DNA of 64,000 nucleotides from Chrysomallon squamiferum (GCA_012295275.1 CM022665.1:46314001-46378000), one strand, 5' to 3'. Positions 28,226 to 42,960 are shown, counted from the stretch's first letter. Notes: generated by a model from the letters alone, not told the origin. Program-made: numbers and translations.

Positions 28226-28344
28226 GCATTATCAGGGATGTGTGAAAATTTCACCATTTGTGTCCACTGACACCTGTGAATGTGAAAGGTCAAAACTGAA
28301 AGAGTGATCCTGATTTAGAAACTTTGTGTGGAAACAAAACTCAC

Positions 28345-28371
28345 ATGTTCGTTGAGTGTTGGAGATTCTGT
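28345..28371 (-). CDS. Candidate 27-nt alternative microexon, (D)RISNTQRT(S), between the leader and CUB1
   Basis: Long (TTTA)n tract, then GTTTTGCCTCAG|ACAGAATCTCCAACACTCAACGAACAT|GTGAGT. Length is divisible by 3 and it is stop-free in phase 1-1, the phase of the host intron. No transcript evidence. Confidence 0.4.
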
Positions 28372-28415
28372 CTGAGGCAAAACAATAAATAAATAAATAA
28401 ATAGACAAATAAAAA

Positions 28416-28446
<31 letters not shown>

Positions 28447-28778
28447 AGATAAATAAGTAAATAAATAAATAAATAGACAAATAAATAAATAAATAAATAA
28501 AGTTATAAATAAATAAACAGATAAAGTAATAAATAAATAAAGTTATAAATAAATAAACAGATAAAGTAATAAATAAATAAAGTTATAAATAAATAAACAG
28601 ATAAAGTAATAAATAAATAAATAAAGAGACTCATTGAAGAACTGCAGTACTTACATACATGCATAATATATACAAATACACACACACAGACATATATCAC
28701 ACACATACATACATACATAGATATATACACATATATACACACACAAAATACTGACTCAGAGAAAAACTATAATGAAAT

Positions 28779-28841
<63 letters not shown>

Positions 28842-29072
28842 TGCACACACATATATTTATAACAGAAAGAAAATGAAGTAAGACTTAATAATAAAACACA
28901 ATGAGTTGAAATCAGAAGACACTTAAATATCCAGTTAAATATTTAATTTCAGCCTAAGGAGAATAGATATATATACAAACTGAATTAAAATTTTTTTTAT
29001 TTTATTATTTTTTTTTTTTTACTATAGTTAAAATGTACTTTCTACACAGAGAGAGAAAGAAAAACTGCTATG

Positions 29073-29112
<40 letters not shown>

Positions 29113-29574
29113 TAATTATATTACATTAATTTAAAAAAGTTCAAAAAATAGATTTGCATGTGGGATGAAAGAGCTGTTAAACAAATGTCACATTATGAAC
29201 GTAATCAAATTGTTTAGCTGCAGTTTCAATCACTTTTTAAATAAAAAATTAAAAAAATTAAATTAAAAAAAAAACCCCCACCTCAACAACAACAAATAAC
29301 CATTCTCTGACATAGCAATTTTCTAACGCAAACTTTGAACAGTTAATACTTGAAGGTAATTGATATTGCACGGGAAGTTATTAATAAAAGCAAAACAAAT
29401 GTTTAATCTTTCGGTGGTTTTTTTTTTTGCTGTCACAGCATCACAGATGTGATCAACAGCGCATAAAAAAAAAAAACATCGTGCTGTGCTGTTAATGATG
29501 TGTCATCACTTTTCTGTTTCCAGCAGAGTCTCAATTAATCATCTGATCTTCACAGCATTCCGTCACAGCGAGAG

Positions 29575-30527
29575 GAAACCAGAATGTGTGTATTTTAATT
29601 AAATGTTTGATTTTTAATTACATGTTTGTATTTTAATTAAATGTTTGTTACAAGAATAAACCAGAATATTTGTATTTTAATTAAATGTTTGTATTTTAAT
29701 TAAATGTTTGTTACAAGAAAACCAGAATGTTTGTAGTTTAATTAAATGTTTGTATTTTAATTAAATGTTTGTTACTAGATAAACCAGAATGTTTGTATTT
29801 TAATTACATGTTTGTTACAAGATAAACCAGAAAGTTTGTATTTTAATTAAATGTTTGTTATAGTTATAAACCAGAATGTTTGTAGTTTAATTAAATGCTT
29901 GTATTTTAATTAAATGTTTGTTACTAGATAAACCAGAATGTTTGTATTTTAATTAAATGTTTGTATTTTAATTACATGTTTGTTACAAGATAAACCAGAA
30001 TGTTTGTATTTTAATTAAATGTTTGTTTTAATTAAATGTTTTATTTTAATTAAATGTTTGTTATAAGAATAGAAGATAAACCAGAATGTTTGTATTTTAA
30101 TTAAATGTTTGTTAGAAGATAAACCAGAATGTTTGTATTTTAATTAAATGTTTGTTACAAGAATAAACCAGAATGTTTGTTACAAGGATAAACCAGAATG
30201 TTTGTATTTTAATCAAATGTTTGTTACAAGAGAAAACCAGAATGTTTGTATTTTAATTAAATGTTTTTACAGTGATAAACCAGAATGTTTGTACTTTAAT
30301 TAAATGTTTGTATTTTAATTAAGTGTTTGTTACTAGATAAACCAGAATGTTTGTATTTTAATTAAATGTTTGTTACAAGAATAAACCAGAATGTTTGTAC
30401 TTTAATTAAATGTTTGTTACAAGGATAAACCAGAATGTTTGTATTTTAATTAAATGTTTGTTACAAGAGAAAACCAGAATGTTTGTATTTTAATTAAATG
30501 TTTGTTACAAGAGAAAACCAGAATGTT
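29575..30527. repeat. Modular minisatellite (unit of about 43 bp with a variably duplicated subunit of about 20 bp)
   Basis: GATAAACCAGAATGTTTGTATTTTAATTAAATGTTTGTTACAA with optional extra ATGTTTGTATTTTAATTAA copies. Confidence 0.95.
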
Positions 30528-31841
30528 GCAGCATTAATCAAATGTTAGCCCAGCATAATACAACAGCTCTATCAGAAGGATGTATTTTCAAGTATATATT
30601 TGCCTTCTGCACTAAAATAAGTGGAAAACAAACTACATTTTAATTAAATATTCTTCAATGACTTACAACAAAAGAAAATTAGAATAAAAAAAAATATTTC
30701 ACTTCAGCCTGTGATAAATGGAAACCAGCAAGGTTTGTTTTCAATTAAATGTATCTGCCAAATACAATAAAAGGATAAACAGAATTTTATTTTTTTTAAA
30801 ACTTCAGTTAAATATTTGCTGTCTGCCCATAATAGAGAGAGGAAACCAGGAAGTTACAGTTTCAATAAAATATTTTTTTCTTTGACTTTTTTGATAAAAA
30901 AAGGATTTGAAGGTTGCAGTTTAGTCAAATATTTGCTTATGCCGATTTGCATTCAGGTACTGCAGAGTACAACACAGAAGGATGCCTTCATCAATAAATA
31001 TTTGCCTGCAACAGTAACAAAGAAAAGAAACCAGAAAAAAAACTGCCTGCGGTGGGGACACAAACTGGTGGGGGGGCTGTACTGCCTTTTCAGTCACATA
31101 TTCGCTCCTCACAGCTTTGAAAGCAGTCACCTACAGCAGTGCAAGATCAGAAACCAGACGATTATACATTCCAGTTGATTTTTTTTTTTTATTTTTTTGA
31201 TTTTCTGTTTTTTTCAAATTCAAATAGATGCACACATCAATATCATGTTTTCTCATCAATCACATAAATTCGTTTTCCTCAACAAAAAATAAATAATAAT
31301 AGGAAGCGAGAACACTGAATTTGAATAACTTTTACAAATATATATATACACGCTCTCTCTCTCTAAACAAACTCAAATGACAATGAATGAATGAATGAAT
31401 GAATGAGAAGGATGAAGTCGTCAGGATGAAAGAAAATGAATGATCTGTCTGAATGATCATCAAACATGGAAAATATTATCTGTGTGCTGTAATTACACTC
31501 CCCGGCTAAACTGCAAGCCGGATTGGAATAAAACTTTGCCTGGTTTTTTAAAATGCAAACACCACAAGTGAACGACAAAATAGATCCAAAAAAAAAAAAA
31601 AAAAAAAGAGATTAATTAAAAGGGAAAAATGTGGATGGGTGATGTGAATAGGAACATGGAGAAACTGATGCAAATCTGCTTAATGCTTGTTGATTATCAT
31701 GTTGGAAGCAGAGAGAATTTAAAAAAAGAAAAAAAAGTAAAATCCTGAATAAATGTAGCATTTAATTAAAGATAATGTATTTCATCTTGTTGAAATAACT
31801 CAGGCATGTAAAACTCGTGAGATTCAGTGAAATAACAGCAG

Positions 31842-31886
<45 letters not shown>

Positions 31887-31895
31887 ATAATAATA

Positions 31896-31935
<40 letters not shown>

Positions 31936-32785
31936 TAGTAATAATAATATTAGCAGTAGTAACAATGATAATAATGGTAATAAATAGTAATAGTAACAAT
32001 AATAATAGTAGTAGTAGTAATAATAATAATAGTAATAATAACAGTAGTAGTAGTAGTAGTAGTGGTAGTAGTAGTAGTAGTAGTAGTAATAATAATAATA
32101 ATTAAAATAAGAATAAAAATAAAAATAATAACAATAATAATGATAATGATAATAATCAAAAAATAATAATAATGAATAATAATGATGATAATCAACAATG
32201 ATAAGAATAAGAATAAAAATAAAAACAATAATAATGATAGTAATAATAATAAAAGCAAAAATAATGATATCAATAACGATAAGAATGACAATAATGATAG
32301 CGCTAATCATGATAATAATGATGAAGAAGATAAATCACGAGATTCCATTTTAATTATTGATCTTTGATCTTTGTTCTTTAAACTGAAGTGGAAAAAATGA
32401 AAATGAAAATTTAATGATAAGATTCTGAAAGTATCAATTCCTGTTGGAACATCACGTAAACATTTCCAGTTCTAACCATTACTCCATAATTTTTTTCTAT
32501 TAAAGAATATGATATGTGATGCCCTGCATGTTAGAATGGGCTCATAAAATGTTTTAAAACAAATAAAATGGCAGCATTCAAAAATACAATAATCTCCTTT
32601 TATAGACTCTCATAAAATATTTAATTTAAAAAAATATATATATATAAAAAAATAATGATTTAATAAAATCAAAAGACTTTTAAAACTGAATTATTTCACC
32701 TTGGATTAATGAGAATTAAATTAACTAAATGTTTGTTGTTTATTAGTCAGCACCAAACTGCATTTTATTTAACATGTGCAGATTC

Positions 32786-32818
<33 letters not shown>

Positions 32819-33141
32819 TGACACAACAGTAATGTAATCCAGACATTTAATTCAGGTTTTTTTTTTTTTAAAAACTATTTTTTTGTTTCTGGAAGGGGAT
32901 GTGTTTTTTGTAATCAGTTTTTACAGTGTTTCTGGGGTTTTTCAGTCCGTATCACATGGCCAGGGTGTGTAATTCTGGAGTTTATCTCACAGTCATAAAT
33001 AAAACGTTCTCTGGAACAAAGTACAGGGTTATGTGATGGTGGTCAAGTACAGAGTTATAGCAGTGGTCAAAATGATATCATTGTCCACCTCTAAGTATGG
33101 CTGAATGGACTTTGAATTTAAGACAGAGAATACTCAAACCT

Positions 33142-33201
<60 letters not shown>

Positions 33202-34735
33202 TACATACACATACATACATACAATTATACCCTCATATACACACATACATAAAAAGACACACACACACACACATATATATACACATGCATACACACACAC
33301 ACATACATACATACAATTATACCCTCATGTACACACATATACATAAAAAGACACACACACATACACACACACATCACACACACATATATATTAACAGATA
33401 TATTACGCTAGCTGTAGGTAGGTATGTACGGCTGTGACATATCTGTGTTATCACACAGACGTTTGGTCTTCTCACCCAGCAGAAACAGTCAGTGTAAGAG
33501 AGAAGAGATCAATGTGTTTTTCTATAGAGAGGTGATTTTCTCTTGTTAGTCAGTGGGTCAACACTGAGTATGTTTGTAAGAGAATTGTACTGGAAATCGG
33601 ATTTAGAATGTATAAATAATTTATCTCTTGTAATTCAATGGTGGACTGTCGTAATTCTGAAATATACTGAGTGACAGTCAATGTTATTTAAATTAGATAA
33701 CTGTATAGTGATTTGATAAACACAGTGTGTGTGTGTATGTATGTTTATGTATATGTGTAGTGTGTGTGTGTGTATGTATCTATGTATGCATGTATATGTG
33801 TGTGTAAGCAGGTGTAGATGTATGTATGTATGTATGATGTATCTATATATGGATGTATATATGTATGTATATATGTGTGTATGTATGTATGTATGTATGT
33901 GAACCTATGTTCATGTATGTTGTATGTTTGTGTAGGTACCTTTGTATACATGTGGACATATATTTAAGTATGTATATACGTATATTAATATATATGTATG
34001 CATGTGGGTATGTGTGGTTTATATGTATGAATGTATGTATGTGTATGTATGTGTATGTATGTGTGTATGTGTATATATGTATATGTATGTATGTCTGTAG
34101 GTATCTATATTTGTCTGTCTGCATGTCCCTATGTTTGATTTTTCAGTTTGTCTGAATAAATTTAACAGTGACTAATCTTTTCTACATATAAAGTAATTTC
34201 CATAGCAACATCTTCCTACTGTATAAAATAAAATAACAGATTTCTCCTTACAGTTTGGCAGCCATATTGTTTTTTTTTATTGTTCATGTGCCTGTTATTA
34301 CTTCTGATGTGGACAGCATCATCATCATCAGCAGCAGCAGCAGTTATAGTGTGGGTGGTTTGAGATGAAATGCACATGCAAAACGTTTCTGTCACTGCAG
34401 TGTGTCTGTGAGTGACAGACAGACAGACAGACAGACAGACGTTTCATGTTGAGTAGTAAATTAATTACTGAGCCAGCATTTCAATCAAAATTTCCAGGGT
34501 CATTGACCTGTCTCCTGCTTAAAATAACATCCTTGATACACCTTGGTACAATATCTCTGCATCTGTCTCAAAATGGAAGGTAATTGGCTTATAATATCTT
34601 GTACCTGACTTGAAATATCTTGTAACATGCTTGAAAATATCTTTGTAACAGCCCTTGAAATATCTTGTAGCCATAGAAATAGTGTGTTATTATTATTATT
34701 ATTATTATTATTGCTTTTCTGCTTCTTCTTCAGTT

Positions 34736-34819
<84 letters not shown>

Positions 34820-34956
34820 GTTTTTGTTGTTGTTGTTACCATGATATTTTGAAATCATTAGTATTGTTTTCACAGATAATTATTTTTATTTTTTCTTTCT
34901 ATTTTTTATTTTAGTTTATAGAATTATAGTAGGATTACATTCTGCTATAATAAAAA

Positions 34957-35012
<56 letters not shown>

Positions 35013-35075
35013 TAATAATAATAACAATAATAATATTTGTATTGTTTTAATAAATCATCATTATTAATTTTCCTT

Positions 35076-35114
<39 letters not shown>

Positions 35115-36091
35115 CCACCAGAATTACATTCTGTTCAACACTCCACCACCAACAACAACAACAACAACAACAGAAGGAATGAACATTCATGCCGACCTTA
35201 ATGCACTTAGAACAGAACGCACACTGGCAACTCTAAAACAATCTCACACAGATATAAAAAAAAAACCCAGCTTCACTCTCAGTTCAAGTTCCTACAGGTC
35301 AAGCGTAAAATTCCACCTCCACAGTCTGAAGAGTTCTGCTGTTTATATTAGCAGTTGGGTCACATGATCATGTGTCAAGATGGCCGTCGTAATGAGGGGA
35401 CCTGCTAAAAACCTTAATTGAATTTCTGTCCCTCTGAACCATGAAAATTGCATGTCTATGAAGGAAGCACTTCGCATTAAGTGAGCTAAAGGGTCAAAGT
35501 GTGTGAGTAGTGTGAGCAGTGAGAGAGAGAGAGCACTATGCTCACATTACACTTTAATTTAGTTAGAGCCATTAGTGAGAACCATCGAGGAACAAAGGGT
35601 TAATGTGGCTGATGATGCAAGGAAAAAAAACCGGAATACCTGCAGGAAATATGATAAAATATGCGATGAGACTGTGTTAGATACGAGATATATGATATGC
35701 CTCCATGATTAATACAGGTGTGTGTGTGTGTGATATCTGGGTAGATGTATGATAAATAAAATATATCTGTTAGGATATAGGATACCTGTGGGGGAAGATA
35801 TATTACGGTATCTGACGAGATGATGTTAGATATGAGATATATGATATGTCCCATGATTAATACAGTCATGTGTGATATTTGGTGGGATGAAGATAGGTAT
35901 GATAAATGAAATATCTGTTAAGATAAAGTTAGATATAAAGGAAATTATATTTCTGGCAGCATTACGGTAGGAATAAAAAATAAGTGTTTCGGTTACTGTT
36001 AAGCTAGATATGAGAAACAGGATATCTGCTAGGATTGCAGAAGATTAGGAATGTGAAACAAGATTTCTTCTAGAATTAGGATAGCTGTAAC

Positions 36092-36460
36092 ATATCTGGT
36101 AGGATTAAGGATACTCCAAGAAATAAAATATCGACTAGGATTAAGACGGATATGAGAAATGAGATATCTGGCAGGATTAAGGATACTCCAAGATATAAAA
36201 TGTTGACTAGGATTAAGATGGATATGAGAAATAAGATATCTGGTAGGATTGAGGATATTCCAAGATATAAAATTTTGACTAGGATTAAGATGGATATGAG
36301 AAATGAGATATATGGCAGGATTAAGGATACTCCAAGATATGAAATACTGACTAGGATTAAGATAGATATGAGAAATGAGATATCTGGCAGGATTAAGGAT
36401 ACTCCAATATATAAAATGTTGACTAGGATTAAGATGGATTTCAGAGATGAGATATCTGTA
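36092..36460. repeat. 72-bp tandem repeat, about 5 copies, built from two AGGATTAAG-containing halves
   Basis: GACTAG at 36133, 36205 and 36277 (period 72); 24-aa periodicity in three overlapping ORFs. Confidence 0.95.
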
Positions 36461-36866
36461 ATGGCTAGGGAAGCCATAAAATATCTGATTCAATTAAGGA
36501 TTCTATAAGGAATAACAACAACAATAATAACAATAACAATAATAACAATGATCATAATAATAACAATAACAGCACTCATAATAACAATAACAATAACAAT
36601 AACAACAACAATATAACAGTTAACAAAATAAAGTCGCTATCAGTTTGATTAAGAAACAGCTTGATGCAAACAGGATGAACCTGCCACTGTTTTGAAAACA
36701 AACAAAAGCAACAGCTACATTTGTATTAAGACCAGACTCCCATGATGAATAAGCCAAAACATTTTCAGTTTTGAAAACAAAACCAGTAAATGAATACACA
36801 GCGTGATGGATTAATTTTCTACATAACTGATGCAAGGCCTCAGAAGTAGTGAGTGGGAAATAAAAC

Positions 36867-36867
<1 letters not shown>

Positions 36868-36912
<45 letters not shown>

Positions 36913-37104
36913 CTAAGATAAAGATATATATAGAGAGAGACAGAGAGAGAGAGAGCAAAATAGATTGGTTTAGATGGAGTAAGAGACAGAGAGAGAAAGA
37001 TAGACCAGAGATAGAGATGAGATAAGATAGATAGATTGAGAAAGAGAAAGAAAGAGAGATAGATATATAGTATTGAGGGAGGGAGAGGGATAGGGAGGGA
37101 GGGG

Positions 37105-37164
<60 letters not shown>

Positions 37165-37206
37165 CTAAGATAAAGAGATATATATAGAGAGAGAGAAGAC
37201 TAAGAT

Positions 37207-37246
<40 letters not shown>

Positions 37247-37385
37247 AGAGAGAGAATACTGAGATAAAGATATAGAGAAATAGATGACAGAAAGATACAC
37301 ACACAGACAGAGACAGAGAGATAGAGAAATGAATCAGAGAGAATCAGAGAGAGACACAAAAAGATGGAGAGAGAGAGAAAGAAAA

Positions 37386-37422
<37 letters not shown>

Positions 37423-37510
37423 TCTGGATTTTGATCAGAGAGAGACACACAGAGACATAGACAAGAGAGAGAAAGAAAGAAAGAAAGAAAACTAGAAAAT
37501 AAGAAAGAAA
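36868..37510. repeat. (AG)n-rich polypurine tract of about 640 bp
   Basis: Directly visible. Confidence 0.95.
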
Positions 37511-38199
37511 AATGGATGAACAGATGAACAAAGAGAGGAAGTTCAAAGGACAGCGACAGACAATCAGATGAATAGATGAATGGATTCAAAGACTGATAGA
37601 AAAACTTGTACAATTACACAGACAGGGATTACAGAAAGGATGACACTGCTTTCTTTTATACACGAAAAATCTACCTGAGAAATAATTAAAGCTATTTTAA
37701 CAAAGGATTTCCAGTGAAAACACAAACACAACAAAACATCAGATCAGATTTCGTCAAAGCAATTTTTCAGTCAGTGACTTTTTTTTTTTTTTTTTTTTTT
37801 TTTTTGTTTTTGTGAATAACGGCTTCGTTAAAGTCCCAGACAGTTGGATATAGGTGGGCTGAGGGTAATTTTAAAGTAATCAATGAAGAGATTATAATTA
37901 ATTGTGAAGTGAGACCAAAAGATTGAAACAGAAATTTCAATGTGTGCGTGAATAAGAAAGGATTATTGAAACACCGAACAAAGATATTTTAAAATTTTTG
38001 TTTGAACCAGAAATTCGATGAATGAATTCTTTGCAAAAAATGCATGGAGGCCAGAATTAAGCTTTAAAACCGGGAAAATACTTCTTTTTCAGATTAGTTG
38101 AAAGATACGAAAATCAAAAGGAGAAAAAGGAATATCTAAAGTATTATTACAGAATAAAGGAATTGTGAGTACAAAAGAATGTCAGGATTTATTAAAAAT

Positions 38200-39343
38200 T
38201 GAAAACTGAATCCAGGAATTATATAAAATTAAAAAATGGAGACAGGAATTGAAAAGAGTTCGTGGATTTTAAATGCAGATTTAAAACTTTCCTTGACAAA
38301 AGATTTGTGGGCAAAATAAAGACTGTGAAATAAAAAGTGATATTGAATGCTAGGAAGTTATGAAAGTTTGTATGTACATACCTGGGTTTACTGTGTTTCC
38401 TACAGACATGAGATACGACATGTATACAATCAAACCCTCAAACCAATACAGCATCTGCAAAATACAGCAAAATATCACACGTTCAGTATCATGAGAAAAT
38501 AAAATACAAGGTTAAACATATATTCATTTATAAAGTCATAACTAATATTAACTATATAATTCATAATTCCTTATATATACAAATATATTATATATATAAA
38601 CACACACACATATGCACGTAAGCATGTGTATGTGTATGTATGTATGTATGTGTGTGTAGGTGTGTGTGTGTAGGTGTGTGTGTGTAGGTGTGTGTGTGTG
38701 TTGTTATTTGATGTATTAGGGGCAAGTAAATTACAAAAACAAAAGGAAAGAAAACAAAACAAATTATGTTCCTTTCTTAATAAATATAAACAGACACACT
38801 TACACACATACATATATAGATATTATGTACTGTATACATAATATATATATATATATGCACACAAACATATATACATACATATATGCACATATATACACAC
38901 ACACACACATACATACATACATACAGAAACACACACACAGAAATACACTGAAAACATACTGAAAATTCATTTTATACATACACGTTTTGAAATTCCTCTT
39001 TAAAGTCATTAAGACATGCATATCGAAACAATCAACACAATATTTTTTTGTTCAGAAATGAAAAACGATGCAAACGTAATGATTTCAAAGAATCCACAGA
39101 GAATTCCTCAGACTGGCTGTACGGAAATACGAGACATTACACACCGGCAAATTAGATGAGTTTACAAAGTAGAAAATAGAAAATAGATTGATGAGACAGG
39201 GGCATGAGATAACTTTAGACTCAGCCTGATTAAATGTGCTGTTCAAATAGCATAATGAGAGTTGCTGATTGTAATTTAAACCATTTGTAATGATGGATTG
39301 CTCGGAAACTGTGTGTTTGTGTGTCTGTGTGTTTGTATGTTTG

Positions 39344-39388
<45 letters not shown>

Positions 39389-39393
39389 CTTTA

Positions 39394-39430
<37 letters not shown>

Positions 39431-39439
39431 TATATATAC

Positions 39440-39476
<37 letters not shown>

Positions 39477-39729
39477 ATGTATTATGTATGTGTGTATATA
39501 TGTGAGTTTTTATATACTTATATGTATCTGTATCTGTTCACATATGTACATATATATCTGTAAGTGTTTTACTGTACAAGTGCATTACTGAAAACCGATC
39601 CAGGAATTATAGAAAATCAAAATGGAGACAGGAATTAAAACAGTTCATGGATGAATGCAGATTTAAAGCTTTCCTTGATGAAAGATCTGCGGGCAAAATA
39701 AAGACTGTGAAATAAAAAATGATATTAAT
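38200..39729 (+). repeat. Pair of direct repeats of about 140-150 bp (38200-38349 and 39589-39729)
   Basis: Both read TGAAAAC...TCCAGGAATTATA.AAAAT.AAAATGGAGACAGGAATT...ATGCAGATTTAAA.CTTTCCTTGA..AAAGAT.TG.GGGCAAAATAAAGACTGTGAAATAAAAA.TGATATT. Confidence 0.9.
38382..38454 (-). CDS. sol-1: Coding exon for a signal-peptide-like leader: MLYWFEGLIVYMSYLMSVGNTVNP
   Basis: Acceptor TGTATTTTGCAG|ATG and donor CCAG|GTATGT. 73 nt = 24x3+1. The phase-1 join to 22485 gives VNPACDCV, similar to the (I/V)NP.C.CV start I recall for SOL-1 CUB1. Hydrophobic core. Confidence 0.78.
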
Positions 39730-39734
39730 AAAAA

Positions 39735-39823
39735 GTATGTATGTATGTATGTATGTATGTAAGTATGTAAGTAAGTATGTATGTATGTATGTATGCATGT
39801 ATGTATGTAAGTATGTATGTATG

Positions 39824-39857
<34 letters not shown>

Positions 39858-39937
39858 TGTATGTATGTATGTATGTATGTATGTATGTATGTATGTATGT
39901 ATGTATGTATGTATGTATGCATGTATGTATGTATGTA
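39735..39937. repeat. (ATGT)n microsatellite
   Basis: Directly visible; source of the MYVC/HTYI ORFs. Confidence 0.95.
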
Positions 39938-41117
39938 AATATGTTTTATTGTATGTATGTATTATTGCATATATATGTGTACAGACTATATACATACACA
40001 CACATATATGTATGTGTATGTACATACTATAAAATTAATATGATATGATTCATTTGCATGAAACTGAAACTCTATGTACTTAATTTCACTTTAAACATAT
40101 TCCTGTCAAACTATTGAATTCCTTAAACCAACATTTTCTCCCATTTGCTTACATAAACTATTTGATGAATACATTTTTTTTTCTGTTTATATTAATGAAA
40201 TCTTCGAGCAAATGTCAACACTAAACTGAAATAAATGGGAAATCAGTATCTTTTTTTTTTTTTTTACTGAAAAAAAAAAAAAAAATCTTAAAAATTAATT
40301 TGTTAACTTGAAAAAAAAAAAAAAAAAAAAAAAATAAAAAATATTCATCTGTTGAAAACACAAATCTTCGACACTGATAATAGCCTCAAGAAATGTTCTG
40401 ATCAATCATATTTTTTAAATTTTTAAATTTTTTTTTTGAATTTTTTATTTTTTTATTATTTGCCTGGGAACTGTGTTAGTGTCTGAAATTCTGAAATAAA
40501 CATTGATTGAAGTCGCTGTTCCTATTGGAGGTAAAACTCGTAAAGACCAAGATAATAAGAAAGTTCAATCCTTGTCTCTATGTTAATAATAATAATACTT
40601 TTTTTTTCCTTTTTTATTTTTTTTTTTAAAATGGTTTCCTTTGTTAAAGAAGACAGATCATTTTCGTTCATCTTGCTGTGGTTGTAATTACCAATTTTTT
40701 TTTATTAATTTATTATTAATATTTTTTAAAAAATTTTAAATTTGTTTTTTTGGGGGGTTTTATATTTCATTCCAGCCATTTTAATCCATCTTTCTTTGTC
40801 AAGGTTTTTATTTCTAAAATAAAAACATTTTTTCATTTGTGAAATTATCCAATTTTTTTACTATTTTATTTTGGCCTTTTAAAGATTTTGCTAAGATGCT
40901 CATTTTCCAAAAGTTTTTATTTTTTTTTTTTTTTTTTTTAAAACACCCACTTATCTGCATCAGGATCAATTTTTTTTTTTTTTAAATAATTAACTTTTCT
41001 AATGAGAAATATTTTCTTTCACTAAGTTGATTGGGATATATGTATGTGTTTGTCTGTATGTGTGTGTGTTTGTGTGAATGTTTTTGTGTGTGTGTCTGTG
41101 TGTATGTATATGTGTGT

Positions 41118-41155
<38 letters not shown>

Positions 41156-41184
41156 ATATATATATATATATATCTGTGTATGGA

Positions 41185-41215
<31 letters not shown>

Positions 41216-41461
41216 CATGATTTTGACATTTTCATTTTTAATAAACCATTGTTTTGTGACATTACTTTCAAAGTCAATCACCATTTTGCTTCTTTTTCTA
41301 AAACAACACAACATCACTCAAAAAAAAAAAAAAAAAAAAAAAATGCCTGGCAAAAAAATAATCATAAAAATCGACGAAGATAATCTTCACTTTGAGAGAA
41401 TTCCTAAAAATCAAACAGATGAAGAAGATGACGAAGAAACCATTTTTATTATTTTTTTCTA

Positions 41462-41494
<33 letters not shown>

Positions 41495-42539
41495 ATACCC
41501 TGAAGAAAAACTCGTACCATATACAACAGAATGGGAACTGCACAAACTTTGTTAGGCAATTGAAATTCCTCCTCTGCGACAATAATCCATAGTCACATTT
41601 GTGAATACAGTTCTGAATAAACTTAGTTATTCCTGCACACACACACACACACACACAGAGAGCCCCAAAGGAGAAGTCTGGAATGCTGCTGTGATGGCAG
41701 AGAGGCAAAAATATAATAACTGGTGGTCATCTGTGAGTTGAACACCCTCGGTTCATCGTTGTCATACAGAAACTAGACACAGTTTGTGGAAAAAAAAAAA
41801 AAAAAAAAAAAAAATGAAAAAATGAAAAAGAGAAGAAAAAAAAAGGAAAATCGATGGATATTCTAAAAATGAAAAGCACTTTGTCATATACTGTCAGATG
41901 AATCTAGATTTTATCTAGTTTTTTATCTAGTTTTTTTTATCTATTTTTTATCTAGTTTTTTTATCTAGCAGAAATGATGGGAAGTTATTGAAAGTAAATA
42001 CAGTTGATAAAAAAAAAAAAAAAAAAAGAGGGTTGTTGATGTTATTTTTCAATAGCAGTACATCTATTTTATGATGGTGAGATGTTGTTCTGGTGGTGTA
42101 GGATTTGTTTGCCTGAGCAGTGGAAGGTTGCTGGATCAATACTGGTTGATGGTTATGTGTGTGTTTTGGATATTTTCATATTTCAGTGTGTGCTCCCAGT
42201 TTATGTACTATATTTACTGACTGAGGTTTTTATACTGAAGTTAGTTCTAAAATAAAGTACAGGAATTAAAACAGTATTTAGTTTGGTCATTGGGAAATGG
42301 GTTCATAAGATTCCTTGCTATGAAAAGTTATTCATAGGGTTCTGGCTCCAATACATTTCTTTGGTATAATATATATGTATATGTGTGTGTATGTGTGTTT
42401 GAATATATGTGTATGAGGGTGTGTGTGTGTATGTGTGTATGTGTCTGTATGTGTGTTTGTATGTATGTTGTGTGTATTATATATGTGTGTGTGTGTATCT
42501 GTGTGTGTGTGTGTGTATTTGTATGTATGTTGTGTGTGC

Positions 42540-42593
<54 letters not shown>

Positions 42594-42923
42594 TATAACA
42601 TAAAAACAACAGTTAATAACAGTAACATATGAATACTCTGTACTGTTTGTTTCACCACACCTCAGAATATGTACATAGATGTAAATTAATTTATTGTTTA
42701 ATGACTGCTCAAAAAAACATTGATTATTAGGTGTCATGTATTTTTAACAATGGTAAACATATTTCAAATAAAAATAAATGTATTGTTAGTAAATGTACGT
42801 ACATATTCGTTATCAACAGATAAGACATATCTTTTATAAAAACAGATATAGCTTTAGCAACAGCAAATGTTTGATTAGATCTTCAGCATATATATGTGAG
42901 GGTGTGTGTGTGTCTGTGTGTAC

Positions 42924-42960
<37 letters not shown>

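Noticed and set aside
36029-36508. Three overlapping ORFs with 24-aa repeats, as a possible repeat protein
   Set aside because: A 72-bp unit that is stop-free in some frames gives long ORFs on both strands automatically; I saw no convincing splice sites or domain.
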